A DNA stretch of 64,000 bases from an uncultured delta proteobacterium (GTDB lineage Bacteria > Desulfobacterota > Desulfobacteria > Desulfobacterales > JAFDCJ01), in the NCBI GenBank assembly GCA_963769935.1, contig CAVYNY010000034.1, positions 32,001 to 96,000 on the forward strand, in the 5' to 3' direction. Positions 52,692-64,000 of the stretch are shown here, one piece after another. The notes under the pieces are model-generated. The model had not been told where the DNA came from. It was given only the letters and a program-made list of their open reading frames with translations, and made no database searches. Position 1 is the first letter of the stretch. Every line of letters begins with the position of its first letter. Position numbers and translations under genes: made by a program.

Positions 52692-52994
52692 TTATTGCAG
52701 CGGTTTGAGATCGTCGAGCATGGTCGGTATAAGCTCCGACACGGTGGGATGGATGTGCATGGTCCGCTGGATCGTTGTATAGGGCTGTTTGGCATGCGTG
52801 ATGTCCAGAATGGAATGGATGGCCTCGTCGTCGCCGACGCCTAAGATAGCCGCCCCCAGAATCGCCTCCCAGGCGAAGAAGCGGTAAAACCCGTGGGAGC
52901 GATAATTGTGCAGCGAAAAGCGCGATATCCACACAATTGGAGCCGAGGCGATGATAAATATGATGATCTTGTAATCAGGGGGCACGTAAATCAT
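52692..52994 (-). pseudogene. Chimeric remnant: membrane methyltransferase-like N-terminus joined to a pyridine nucleotide-disulfide oxidoreductase C-terminus
   Basis: SLHNYRSHGFYRFFAWE followed by ILGAAILGVGDDEAIH...HIHPTVSELIPT. Confidence 0.65.
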
Positions 52995-53005
52995 ACTGGC
53001 AGGTC

Positions 53006-54034
53006 CTATCTAATTTTGCAGATTACAATCGTGGTGTCATCGGCCAGCGGTTTGTTGCCGGTGAATTCCTCTAAGCCGCATCTGATTCTCTGAACCACAT
53101 CCCCAACCGGTGTATAATTTACCTGCCGACTCAGCTTAATCAGGCGCTCCCGCCCAAATTCCTGATTTTGAAGGTCCACTGCCTCCGTGACGCCGTCTGT
53201 ATACAACACCAGCAGATCGTCCTCCTGAAGTTCAATCGTTTTCTCCGCGAACTCAGCATCTTCAACCAAACCGATGGCAGCCGCCGTCGGCCACAGCAAC
53301 TCTACGGGCTCTTTTTTACCGTTGGTTTTGAATAAAAGCAGCGGCGGCTGGTGGCCCGCATTGCAAAATGTAAGGGTCCTGGTGGCCGAGTCAAAGGCGC
53401 CTAAGAAAAATGTTACAAATGTTTCGAAACGAATATTGTGGATGAAAAGTTTGTGCAGTTGGCGCATCACCTCGGCGGGCGATTCGTTTTGCGGCACCAA
53501 GGTTCGCAGCAAAGCCTGGATACCGGCCATATGAAGGCTTGCCGATACCCCATGGCCCGCCACGTCGGCTATGGCCAGTCCATGTGATCCGTTGCTGAAA
53601 TCAATGAAATCAAAATAGTCTCCTCCCACAATTTGAGCCGGGCGACTAAACGCAGCTATTTCCAGCCCGGGTATATCAGGTATTTCCTGCGGCAGCAGCA
53701 TTTTTTGCACGTCCTGGGCCAACTCCAGTTCAGTCTCCAGACGACGACGTTCTTCCCTGGATAGATGCTCAATGCACACACAAGCGGTATAATCGACTTC
53801 CAGGAGTTCCTTTTCAACGTCTTCATGGCAACGTTCACACTTGCCCAAGGTTTTCGAGTCGACTTTTGCGATAGTGTCGTCAATCACATCCAAATGGGTA
53901 TGCACCGACTGTTCTTTTGAGGTACCCAACAAGACTTCTTTTTTAACCGGCGACGTTGCGTGAAACCATTCGGAGAGACTGTCTCGCTTTCGAAGCAGAC
54001 CTTGGCGTATACGCTCTAAGACAATAGTGTCCAT
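53006..54034 (-). CDS. SpoIIE/RsbU-type PP2C phosphatase with N-terminal DksA/TraR-like Zn finger
   Basis: GKCERC...CVCIEH; VGGDYFD, ADVAGHG, NAGH, YTDGVTE, DDTT; RBS before 54034. Confidence 0.88.
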   Translation of the reverse strand: MDTIVLERIRQGLLRKRDSLSEWFHATSPVKKEVLLGTSKEQSVHTHLDVIDDTIAKVDSKTLGKCERCHEDVEKELLEVDYTACVCIEHLSREERRRLETELELAQDVQKMLLPQEIPDIPGLEIAAFSRPAQIVGGDYFDFIDFSNGSHGLAIADVAGHGVSASLHMAGIQALLRTLVPQNESPAEVMRQLHKLFIHNIRFETFVTFFLGAFDSATRTLTFCNAGHQPPLLLFKTNGKKEPVELLWPTAAAIGLVEDAEFAEKTIELQEDDLLVLYTDGVTEAVDLQNQEFGRERLIKLSRQVNYTPVGDVVQRIRCGLEEFTGNKPLADDTTIVICKIR

Positions 54035-54287
54035 AAGTACCCTCCTTACCTTACCCCAAAATTTTTTGACACGGTGATGCAATCCCAAATATAAGGCTGA
54101 TATATTGAGTTGCCAGCGGCCAATAGAAACTTATAATATATATAACCGGTCCGGTGCATATTTGGATAAAATTTAAGATTCAAGCTGTAATAATCCATGA
54201 TTCACCCCATTGCATTTCCGGGTAATTGAGTTCGTATCAAATCGAGAATCTCTCCGTCATATCCAGCCAAGGAAAAGGGGGAACACA

Positions 54288-54935
54288 ATGACCTTACACG
54301 AAAAAATGACCGCATTTAAAAAGGATTTTGAGGCTAAGGCCCCCAAGGAAGTTCTTGAAATCATGCACCGTGCGCAGCAAACCCTGATAGATTCCGGAGT
54401 CCTGGAGCATGCGCCGAAGCCCGGAGACAAAGCGCCGGATTTTACCCTTGAGAACACCGAAGGCTTACCGGTGGCGCTCGGCGGGCTGCTTGAAAAAGGA
54501 CCTGTCGTGCTGGGTTTCTATCGCGGGCGATGGTGACCTTACTGCAACATGGAGCTGGAGGCTCTGGCCGAAGCGGCTTCGGAAATCGAAGCAGCGGGCG
54601 CGACGCTGGTTCTGATCTCACCCCAAAAAATCGAGCTCAACCGCAAGATGATGGAAGACAAGGGCCTGGCGGCCGTGATGCTGAGCGATCCCGGCAACGA
54701 AACCGCGGCCCGCTATGGGCTTCGATATTACCTGCCCGAAGAGCTAAAGGCGATTTACCGCAAATTCGGCGTCAATTTGGATGTATACAACGAAGACGAC
54801 TCCTGGACGCTTCCGCTGCCGGCAAGACTCATTATCGACCGGCAAGGGCTCATCCGGCATGCGGATATCAGTGCCGACTATACCATCCGTCCTGATCCGC
54901 AGGAAACCATTAAAGAGTTGAAAAAAATCAGGTGA
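54288..54935 (+). CDS. AhpC/TSA peroxiredoxin-like selenoprotein (UxxC; UGA at 54534-54536)
   Basis: Two same-frame ORFs joined by one TGA give FYRGRW-U-PYCNMEL; GDKAPDFTL upstream, LPLPARLIID downstream. Confidence 0.85.
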
Positions 54936-54970
54936 CAACCGGTTATTCCGGGACATTCGGGGGAGGCATA

Positions 54971-55327
54971 TTGGATAAACAAGTCATTGAAATAATAAAA
55001 TCCAAGGGAGCGTTCATCTGTGATATGGACGGCGTTATCTATCATGGCAACAGGCTGCTGCCGGGCGTGAAAGAGTTCGTAAAATGGCTGCAGACGGAAA
55101 ACAAGAAATTTTTATTCCTTACCAATTCAAGCGAACGTTCCCCGAAAGAATTACAGGAAAAATTGCAAAGGCTGGGGATTGAAATGGATACGGATATCAT
55201 TGCCGGCATCGAATCAGAGATCACCACCTGCCTGGTGCTCAGCGGCATAACCAGCAGAGAAGAGATTGCCGATTTTCCTTACCGACCTGATTTCGTGCTC
55301 AACGGCGCAATCGACATTGTATCATGA
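54971..55327 (+). pseudogene. NagD/HAD-IIA hydrolase with a large in-frame internal deletion
   Basis: DMDGVIY and LTNSS run directly into MDTDIIAG...LVLSG; cap domain, GKP and IGDR missing; 118 aa. Confidence 0.7.
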
Positions 55328-55420
55328 TTATTGGTTAATGTTTTATGAAGAATATTTATTGCCGCTGTATAAAATTCGAAAATTATCGAATAAGCACCGA
55401 CCGTCTGATTTTTGTTATCT

Positions 55421-57514
55421 TCAAATCGGTATGGAAATATCAATAGCCGTTCCTTTTCCCGGTTCGGAATGAATTTGAAAATTGCCTTTGCAAATTTCGA
55501 CGCGTTCGCGCATGCTGTGAATCCCAAAGCTCATGAGTGACTGCGCACCCGACATCACTTTCTCCGGTTCAAATCCGCAACCGTCATCTGCAACATGCAG
55601 CCAAATTCCGCCTTTATGATTTGTCAGATTCACATGCACTGCCTTGGCGGCGCTGTGTTTGCCGACATTGTTCAAGGCCTCCTGAACGACACGGTAAAGC
55701 ACCGTCTGAATGGCGTCGGGAATGTCTTCGTCCGCAATGTCAATTTGAGAAACGACCTCGATCTCCGGGTAAAATTGTTCGAAGTGCTGAATGTGTTCGG
55801 CAAGCGCCGCTTTAAGTCCAAAATCGTCCAGGGTCAGCGTGCGCAGTTGCCGTGAAATATTTCTGGTCTCCTTGATGGCCTGTCCCAAGTATGTAACGAT
55901 TTTGTCTAGGGGCATTAAATCCGCGGGCAAGCTCCCGGCCGCAGAGCACGACCTGGCTTCCAGCTGCATTTTGATGGCGGCCAGCGTGCCCGCAATGCTG
56001 TCATGGAGTTCCTTTGAGAGAGACTTGCGGTCGGTTTCCATGGCCTCTATTGTTTTCCGGGAGAGCTGCCTGATAATCGCATTCAGTTCTTCGAGCTTTT
56101 GGTACTGGCTTTCAATTTCAACTGTGCGGTCCTTTACCCGCTGTTCAAGCTCGCGGTTGATTTTTCGCACTTCATCTTCAGCAGCTTTGCGTGCCTCAAA
56201 CAGCTGGGCATTTGCCAATGCTGCGCCCGCGATGCTCGCCATCTGGCCGGCGAAATTTACCTCGGTTACTGTGAACCCATGCAGTGCGCTGTGGTAGTTG
56301 AAAAATATGACACCAAGCGCTTCATCACGAGCAATTAATGGGGTTACCAGCACAGATCGGATTTTATGGCGGTGCAGGTGCTCCCTGTTGAAGCGATCTT
56401 CATTGAACGCGCCGGCCACCGCCACCGGCTGCCGTGATTCCAAAGCCAGAACGGCATGTTTTTTCTGGTCGTCCCCCATCCTTGTCCCGACAAGAACAGA
56501 GGGCATGGCATGCACATGGCTGACAATCCAGTTGCCGCCCTGGCGCAGGTAGACAGATGCGGAATCGCAGCTCAGCAAAGCCGAGCCCTCCTCCACAATC
56601 CGCTGCATGATCTTGCTGAATTCGAGCGTTGAGTGCAACACCTCATGAATGCGGTTGAGCGCCTCGCTGGTTTCCATGCTCTTTTTCAGATTTCTAAACA
56701 GCAGGTCATACGGCCGGGTAAAACCGGTTTCTATTATTGCCATATAAATAAGATAAAAAGAAATAATCTTTAAAAAATGGCCGATTAAATTGGGCAACCC
56801 AAATACGCTGTCATAAAGTGTAAACGACAATTCTGAACCAACTTTTATAATGATGGATGCAATAAGAAGTGTGAAAACATTGGAAGCAAACTCTTTTCTT
56901 TTGTTATACAAAAGAACGATCGAAGTTAATAGAGTAAATGAGATGATATACTCGCTAGTCTTTTTAAATGAGGTTAATCCCCGGCCCTCGACGAAGCAGT
57001 CAGGAAAGATTCTCCATGCAAAAATCGTCAAAAATAAAAAGAAAGTTGCTGCAGAGAAGGCGGCAAATACGGGGGCTGTTTTGATTTCTCGATTAAGTAA
57101 AAACGGAGCAATTATAAGTGAAATGCCTTCCATGTACCTCGCAACGACCCATAGCTGAGTGGGCAGATTGGATCGGGATATACTAAATATTCCCATTCCA
57201 TGGTATGCGAGGGTATGAGCTAAATCTATGCCGGCGATGAAAAGATAAGCTATTCCCAGAAAGAGCAGGTAGTTGTTATCCAGGTATCTGCGCGCATTCC
57301 ACGCAACCATGAAGATCCCACAGGCAACAACAATGCTGAAGATTTCTGCAAGGCTGTGAAATAAAAGGTAGCTATATAGTTTGGAAAGATATAATCCGCA
57401 AAAAATTAATGCTGTGGATATCAGGATTATCCATTTATCAATGGGCGAAGATCCTGTTCTTTTTGAGCCCCAATGTTCCATTTTTCCATCATTCCATGAA
57501 TTATCTTCCGGCAA
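55421..57514 (-). CDS. Sensor histidine kinase, MASE3 + GAF + HisKA_3 + HATPase (true start probably further in)
   Basis: YLLFHSLAEIFSI, HTLAY.GM, ELHDS, QEALNNVGKHS, DDGCGF, PGKGT. Confidence 0.88.
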   Translation of the reverse strand: MPEDNSWNDGKMEHWGSKRTGSSPIDKWIILISTALIFCGLYLSKLYSYLLFHSLAEIFSIVVACGIFMVAWNARRYLDNNYLLFLGIAYLFIAGIDLAHTLAYHGMGIFSISRSNLPTQLWVVARYMEGISLIIAPFLLNREIKTAPVFAAFSAATFFLFLTIFAWRIFPDCFVEGRGLTSFKKTSEYIISFTLLTSIVLLYNKRKEFASNVFTLLIASIIIKVGSELSFTLYDSVFGLPNLIGHFLKIISFYLIYMAIIETGFTRPYDLLFRNLKKSMETSEALNRIHEVLHSTLEFSKIMQRIVEEGSALLSCDSASVYLRQGGNWIVSHVHAMPSVLVGTRMGDDQKKHAVLALESRQPVAVAGAFNEDRFNREHLHRHKIRSVLVTPLIARDEALGVIFFNYHSALHGFTVTEVNFAGQMASIAGAALANAQLFEARKAAEDEVRKINRELEQRVKDRTVEIESQYQKLEELNAIIRQLSRKTIEAMETDRKSLSKELHDSIAGTLAAIKMQLEARSCSAAGSLPADLMPLDKIVTYLGQAIKETRNISRQLRTLTLDDFGLKAALAEHIQHFEQFYPEIEVVSQIDIADEDIPDAIQTVLYRVVQEALNNVGKHSAAKAVHVNLTNHKGGIWLHVADDGCGFEPEKVMSGAQSLMSFGIHSMRERVEICKGNFQIHSEPGKGTAIDISIPI

Positions 57515-57568
57515 AGGCGCCCCTCTGGGGTGAATCCGCAGTCTGGCCCTCTGGGCCGGGATTTTCTG

Positions 57569-58312
57569 CTAAACCGGTATTTCGCAGACATCCGCCCCCC
57601 CTAAATAAGCCGCCTGCATCATTTCATTGCACAGCAGGTTTTGGGCGGTGTCGGCCAGAACGATCGACCCGGTTTGCAGCACATAGCCGCGATCGGCAAT
57701 GGAAAGGGCCATGTTGGCATTTTGTTCCACCATAAAGATGGTGGTGCCCTGCTGATTGATATTCCGGATAAGCTCAAATTGCTGATCGACCAGCAAGGGG
57801 GAAAGACCCATGGAGGGTTCATCCATCAACAGAATGTCGGGGTTTGACAGCAGGGCCCGGCCCATGGCCAGCATCTGCTGCTCGCCGCCGCTCAGGGTCA
57901 TGCCGGCCTGGTTGATTCTCTCCCTGAGCCGGGGGAAAAGCTCAAAAATTCTTTCGATATCCTTTTTCACCTGATCATTGTCCGTGCGCAGGTAAGCCCC
58001 GAGTTCCAGGTTTTCAAGCACGGTCATGCGGGGAAAAATCCGGCGGTTTTCGGGCACAATCGCAACTCCTCCGGCAATAATCCGTTTGGTGGGTTTATTG
58101 TCGATCCGCTCGCCGTTTAATTTTACCTCCCCCTGTTTAACCTTGCACACACCTATGATCGTTTTCAGGGTGGTGGATTTGCCCGAAGCATTTCCACCCA
58201 GCAGGCACACCAGCTCTCCGGCATAAACCTTCAGATTGATTCCATACAAGACCTGAATGTTGCCGTAATAGGTATCTACATTTTTAAATTCTAGAATTGG
58301 GCTTTGATTCAT
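57569..58312 (-). CDS. livF: Branched-chain amino acid ABC transporter ATPase
   Basis: GGNASGKST, LSGGEQQMLA, DEPSMGL, VEQNA. Confidence 0.92.
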   Translation of the reverse strand: MNQSPILEFKNVDTYYGNIQVLYGINLKVYAGELVCLLGGNASGKSTTLKTIIGVCKVKQGEVKLNGERIDNKPTKRIIAGGVAIVPENRRIFPRMTVLENLELGAYLRTDNDQVKKDIERIFELFPRLRERINQAGMTLSGGEQQMLAMGRALLSNPDILLMDEPSMGLSPLLVDQQFELIRNINQQGTTIFMVEQNANMALSIADRGYVLQTGSIVLADTAQNLLCNEMMQAAYLGGADVCEIPV

Positions 58313-58568
58313 TTATTACTCACCCGGTTGTCGCAGGCTAATTGTTGTTAATAGATGGTGATGAAATTAAAAATTGTAAGTTGTCTGTTGTCAGTGGTCC
58401 GTTTTTGAAAAGGACTTAATTGCTTTTTTACAACATGCAACACGCAACATACAACTCACAACGCAATACAACACGCCACATACAACTTACAACACACAAC
58501 CTGCAAGCGGTATCGAACGGCTGCTCAATTCTGAGTCTCCACCTCGATGAATAGAAACCTCGATTTCG

Positions 58569-60473
<1,905 letters not shown>

Positions 60474-60771
60474 GCTTCTTGATCAAAGCTATTTTTAAAG
60501 TGGGACACGGATTTACACAGCGCGGCAGAGCCGCAACCAAATTTTTGTGGGCGATTATGACCGTTTTTGCCCATGCTGAAACTTTATTACAACCTGTTTG
60601 AATTATTAGAATTTCAGCCCTTTCGGCTTATTTTGCTTAATAAAATTTAAAGAATTTTCATATTAGTAGTACAGATCTTCACAGATATATTAAAAAAAAC
60701 GCAAATTCATTTTTATGCAACAGACAACTCACCACTGACAACGATAACTGAGCTTTCAAGCTGAATTATCG

Positions 60772-61704
60772 CTACACTTTCTCCGTCATCTTCTCACCCA
60801 CCAGTCCCCACGGCCTGAAGATCAGAACTGCAATCAGAATTGCAAATGAAACCACGTCCTTGTAAGCTGAAGGGAAAAAAGTGACGGCCAACGATTCGGT
60901 CAGCCCCAGCAAAATACCGCCCAGCATCGCACCGTAAATGCTGCCGATGCCTCCCAGAACCGCAGCGGTAAAACCTTTCAATCCGGCCTGGAAGCCCACA
61001 TAGTAGTCAACCTGAGTGAACAGCAAACCGACCAGGGTGCCGGCTGCTCCCCCCAGTGCGGAGCCGATCAAGAAGACAACCACCACCATGCGGTCCACAT
61101 CGATGCCCATAAATGACGCCGCTTCGATGTCCTGAGCAGTGGCGCGCATGGCTTTGCCGACCTTGGTTTTTTTAATCATGATGGTCAACAGCCCCATGAG
61201 TAGAAACGTAATCCCGATAACCAGAATTCGCATGAAGGAGAAAACAGTCGGGCCGATTTGAATCACCCGCAGGCTTTGCGGTATCAATGAGGCAATGTGA
61301 AATGAACGGACTTTGGCTCCCTGATAGGTCAGCACAAGATTTTGCAAAAAGATGGAAACGCCCAGGGCACTGAGCAGCAAATTCATGCGCGGCGCATTGC
61401 GCAGCGGCCGATACGCGAAACGCTCCGCTAATACACCCACCAGACCCGAGACGGCCATGGCCGCGATGATCATGAGCGCGATAACCGCAACCGCGTTTGC
61501 CAGCAAGTCGTTGCCGCGGGTTAAAAGATGCAATACCCACCAACCGGTAAAGCCGCCGATCATATAAACTTCACCGTGGGCGAAATTGAGCATGCCCAGA
61601 ATGCCGTATACCATGGTATAGCCGATGGCAATCAAGGCATAGACACCGCCCAGCGTCAGGCCGTTGACGAGTTGTTGGGGTAACTGTTGGAGGTATAGAT
61701 CCAA
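60772..61704 (-). CDS. livH: Branched-chain amino acid ABC transporter permease
   Basis: NGLTLGGVYALIAIGYTMVYG, NFAHG, AAVLGGIG. Confidence 0.92.
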   Translation of the reverse strand: MDLYLQQLPQQLVNGLTLGGVYALIAIGYTMVYGILGMLNFAHGEVYMIGGFTGWWVLHLLTRGNDLLANAVAVIALMIIAAMAVSGLVGVLAERFAYRPLRNAPRMNLLLSALGVSIFLQNLVLTYQGAKVRSFHIASLIPQSLRVIQIGPTVFSFMRILVIGITFLLMGLLTIMIKKTKVGKAMRATAQDIEAASFMGIDVDRMVVVVFLIGSALGGAAGTLVGLLFTQVDYYVGFQAGLKGFTAAVLGGIGSIYGAMLGGILLGLTESLAVTFFPSAYKDVVSFAILIAVLIFRPWGLVGEKMTEKV

Positions 61705-61746
61705 TTGTTTGCCTTAATTGATTGATAATTAGGCCACACAAGGATT

Positions 61747-61783
61747 AAAAAAAGGTCCTCACCAACCTATGGGAAAGGACCTT
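61747..61783 (-). terminator. Hairpin with U-tract after the binding-protein gene
   Basis: AAGGTCCT / AGGACCTT stem followed by a T-run on the minus strand. Confidence 0.55.
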
Positions 61784-61797
61784 GTTTGCAGATTGTC

Positions 61798-62955
61798 TTA
61801 TTTTCCAGTCATGACCGCAACCTGTTTGAAGTCGTCGCCGCTGACCTGAAAGAAATAGGTCGCGCCGCCTTCCAGATCGCCCTTGCTGTCAAAAGTAACC
61901 GGAAAGCCTAATATGCCGTTATAGTTTTTGGTTTCGTGCAAATACTTCACGACCTCCTGGCGGGTGATATCTCCGTCCGCGGCAGCCTTGTCGACGGCGG
62001 TCAGCAAGATGTTCATCGCCTCGTAGGCGGGGGGGCCAAAGCCGCTGATGCTGCCGTATTTGGCCTCGAATGTTTTGACATAGTTCGCGGCTGCGGGAAT
62101 GGCATACACATCCGGTGCAAAGTGATAGACGTAGGAACCTTCCGCCGCGCCTTCCGCGGCCTGAATGTAGTCTTTTTTGTCCCGTGCACCTTCCGAGCCG
62201 AAAAAGACGGCGTCGATTCCCAATTCTTTGGCCTGGCGAACGCCGATGGCATTATCCGGAGCGGTCGTGGCGATAAAGAAAATAACGTCCGGTTTAAAGG
62301 CTTTAACCTTGGTCAACACCGCCGAATAGTCCTTGGCACCGCCCACAATGGTCTCTTGGGCGATATCTGTGATTCCCAGTTTTTTCAGACCCTTGATGGT
62401 TTCTTTCGCCAAATTTTCGCAGTAGGCGACTTTTTCATTTAAAATGGCGACCCGTTTGGCTTTGAGATATTTTTTAATAAACAGGGCACAGTTCCAGCCG
62501 TGGGCATCATTGCGGGCGTTAACCCTGAAAAAGTTCTTGTAGCCCTGTTCCGTCAGGTCGGGTTTGGAAGCCGAAGTGGTAATCTGGGGCATGTCGGCAG
62601 AAGCGTAAACTTTCAATGTGGCCTGGGCAATGTGGCTCATGGGAGGTCCGATAACGCCGTACATCAGTTCATCGGCCACGAATTTATGGGCCACGTTGAT
62701 TCCCTGGGCCGGATCCATGGCATCATCCCCCATAATATGTTCGATCTTAACCCCCTGGATGCCGCCTTTGGCATTCCATTCGTTAACGGCTATCTGAGCG
62801 GAGTTGAAAATTTCCATGCAGGGCGCCGCCGCATCCCCTGTAAAAGCACCGGCATCGCCGATATGAATACCCTCTTTAACATCTGCGCTGTATCCCACTC
62901 CGGCAAAGACGAACGCCATAAATACTGCTGATATGACTGAAAATGATTTTTTCAT
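61798..62955 (-). CDS. Branched-chain amino acid ABC transporter substrate-binding protein (LivK/LivJ family)
   Basis: Signal peptide MKKSFS; NAKGGIQG, DDAMDP, LTEQGYKNFFRV; RBS GGAGG. Confidence 0.9.
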   Translation of the reverse strand: MKKSFSVISAVFMAFVFAGVGYSADVKEGIHIGDAGAFTGDAAAPCMEIFNSAQIAVNEWNAKGGIQGVKIEHIMGDDAMDPAQGINVAHKFVADELMYGVIGPPMSHIAQATLKVYASADMPQITTSASKPDLTEQGYKNFFRVNARNDAHGWNCALFIKKYLKAKRVAILNEKVAYCENLAKETIKGLKKLGITDIAQETIVGGAKDYSAVLTKVKAFKPDVIFFIATTAPDNAIGVRQAKELGIDAVFFGSEGARDKKDYIQAAEGAAEGSYVYHFAPDVYAIPAAANYVKTFEAKYGSISGFGPPAYEAMNILLTAVDKAAADGDITRQEVVKYLHETKNYNGILGFPVTFDSKGDLEGGATYFFQVSGDDFKQVAVMTGK

Positions 62956-62980
62956 ACTACCCTCCTTTTGGGGTCCAATG

Positions 62981-63898
62981 TTAAGCGCTTGAAATAATTT
63001 TCTGAAACTCTGCCAGAGAAATGTTGCCGCCGCTGATGATTGCAGCAGATGGGCTTGACGGATTTTCGCCAAGCATTGCCGCCAGCGGCGCCGCACCTCC
63101 CGGTTCTGTAATTACGCGGAATTCATCATAAAGAATCTTCATGGCTCGGACGATATCTGTTTCCGAGACGGTTGCCACTTTTGCCAGGTTCTGATACAAG
63201 TAGGCAAAGACTTCCGGATCCGGTTCCATGAGCGTGAGGGCATCGGCGATAGTTTCCATTGATTCCAGCCGCACCGGCCGGCCTTTTTCAAAACTCCGGC
63301 AAAAGGCTGCCGCCTTTTCAGCTTCTACGCCGATGGGGTCAACTGAGAGGCCGTGCTCCCGGATGTAGCGGCAGATGCCCGAGGCCAAGCCACCCCCGCC
63401 GATTGGGATGAAAATTTGTTTGACTTTCGGGTTCTCCTCCAGGACTTCCCGGGCGATGGTCGCGTTGCCTTCGAGAAATGACCGGGTTTTATGGGGATGA
63501 ACAAATAAAATGCCCCGATCCTTTGCCAGCTTAAATGCGTGCTCCAGGGCGTCGTCTCCCACTTTCCCCTTTAAAATAACCTCAGCCCCGATTCGCTTGG
63601 TGGCCTCAAGTTTTGTGGTCGAAACCGTCTCCGGCATGACGACCGCCACGGGATATTTGAAAAGCCTGCCGGCATATGCCAGGCCGGTGGCCGTGTTACC
63701 CATGGAAGCGGTGATCACCCCCTGTTTGTTGCCCTCAGCTTCCAAGGCCAAAAGCGTTGCAAGCGAACCTCGAATTTTAAAGGAACCACCCACCTGGCAG
63801 CATTCGAGCTTGCAGAAAAGGTTCTCGCTTTCTGCCAGGGTAAGTAAAGGGGTTCGGCGCACGTGCCGCTTAAAAACGGGATTGTCCGAAAGCCTCAT
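62981..63898 (-). CDS. Threonine/serine dehydratase family PLP enzyme
   Basis: KLECCQVGGSFKIRG, ASMGN, PIGGGGL, EPGGA, ISGGN. Confidence 0.88.
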   Translation of the reverse strand: MRLSDNPVFKRHVRRTPLLTLAESENLFCKLECCQVGGSFKIRGSLATLLALEAEGNKQGVITASMGNTATGLAYAGRLFKYPVAVVMPETVSTTKLEATKRIGAEVILKGKVGDDALEHAFKLAKDRGILFVHPHKTRSFLEGNATIAREVLEENPKVKQIFIPIGGGGLASGICRYIREHGLSVDPIGVEAEKAAAFCRSFEKGRPVRLESMETIADALTLMEPDPEVFAYLYQNLAKVATVSETDIVRAMKILYDEFRVITEPGGAAPLAAMLGENPSSPSAAIISGGNISLAEFQKIISSA

Positions 63899-63912
63899 GC
63901 TGCTCCTCCGCG

Positions 63913-64000
63913 CTATTGCCATACGCCGTCTTCACGATGGATCTCATCCAGGAGGGTCTTTAGCCGGATCTGTTTCTTGAGCCTTGCGCGGTCGTCCTGG
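63913..64000 (-). CDS. 3' end of an upstream gene, truncated by the window edge
   Basis: Open frame QDDRARLKKQIRLKTLLDEIHREDGVWQ* ending just before the dehydratase RBS. Confidence 0.5.
   Translation of the reverse strand, partial: QDDRARLKKQIRLKTLLDEIHREDGVWQ

Overview
Bacterial genomic DNA whose gene content fits an anaerobic deltaproteobacterium (Desulfobacterales-like; this is inference). Two catabolic clusters dominate. (1) A ~20 kb minus-strand run (22758->3073) for anaerobic aryl-CoA/acyl-CoA metabolism: oah ring hydrolase, SDR, thiolase + DUF35 partner, Dch-like hydratase, HAD/ECH fusion, IorAB, PanE-like reductase, one ASKHA activase plus one BcrB/HgdA-like subunit (half of a class I benzoyl-CoA reductase/2-hydroxyacyl-CoA dehydratase), and three tandem acyl-CoA ligases. 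An AcuA-type acetyltransferase and MeaB lie divergently. (2) A TetR-led plus-strand cluster (35848->48023): FadH/NCR-type old yellow enzyme, a small partner protein, two ferredoxins, a VOC/epimerase-like protein, an aminotransferase, HdrA, HdrA-MvhD and an HdrC-GltD fusion. This is the best candidate for an undescribed electron-bifurcating flavin reductase system. The window also holds a UGA-readthrough peroxiredoxin-like selenoprotein candidate, a Liv ABC transporter, signalling genes, several gene remnants, six single-base frameshifts (possibly assembly errors), a MITE, and a dense set of REP-like and short-tandem inverted intergenic repeats, one of which sits in frame inside a gene. No rRNA, tRNA, CRISPR array or intact transposase was seen.
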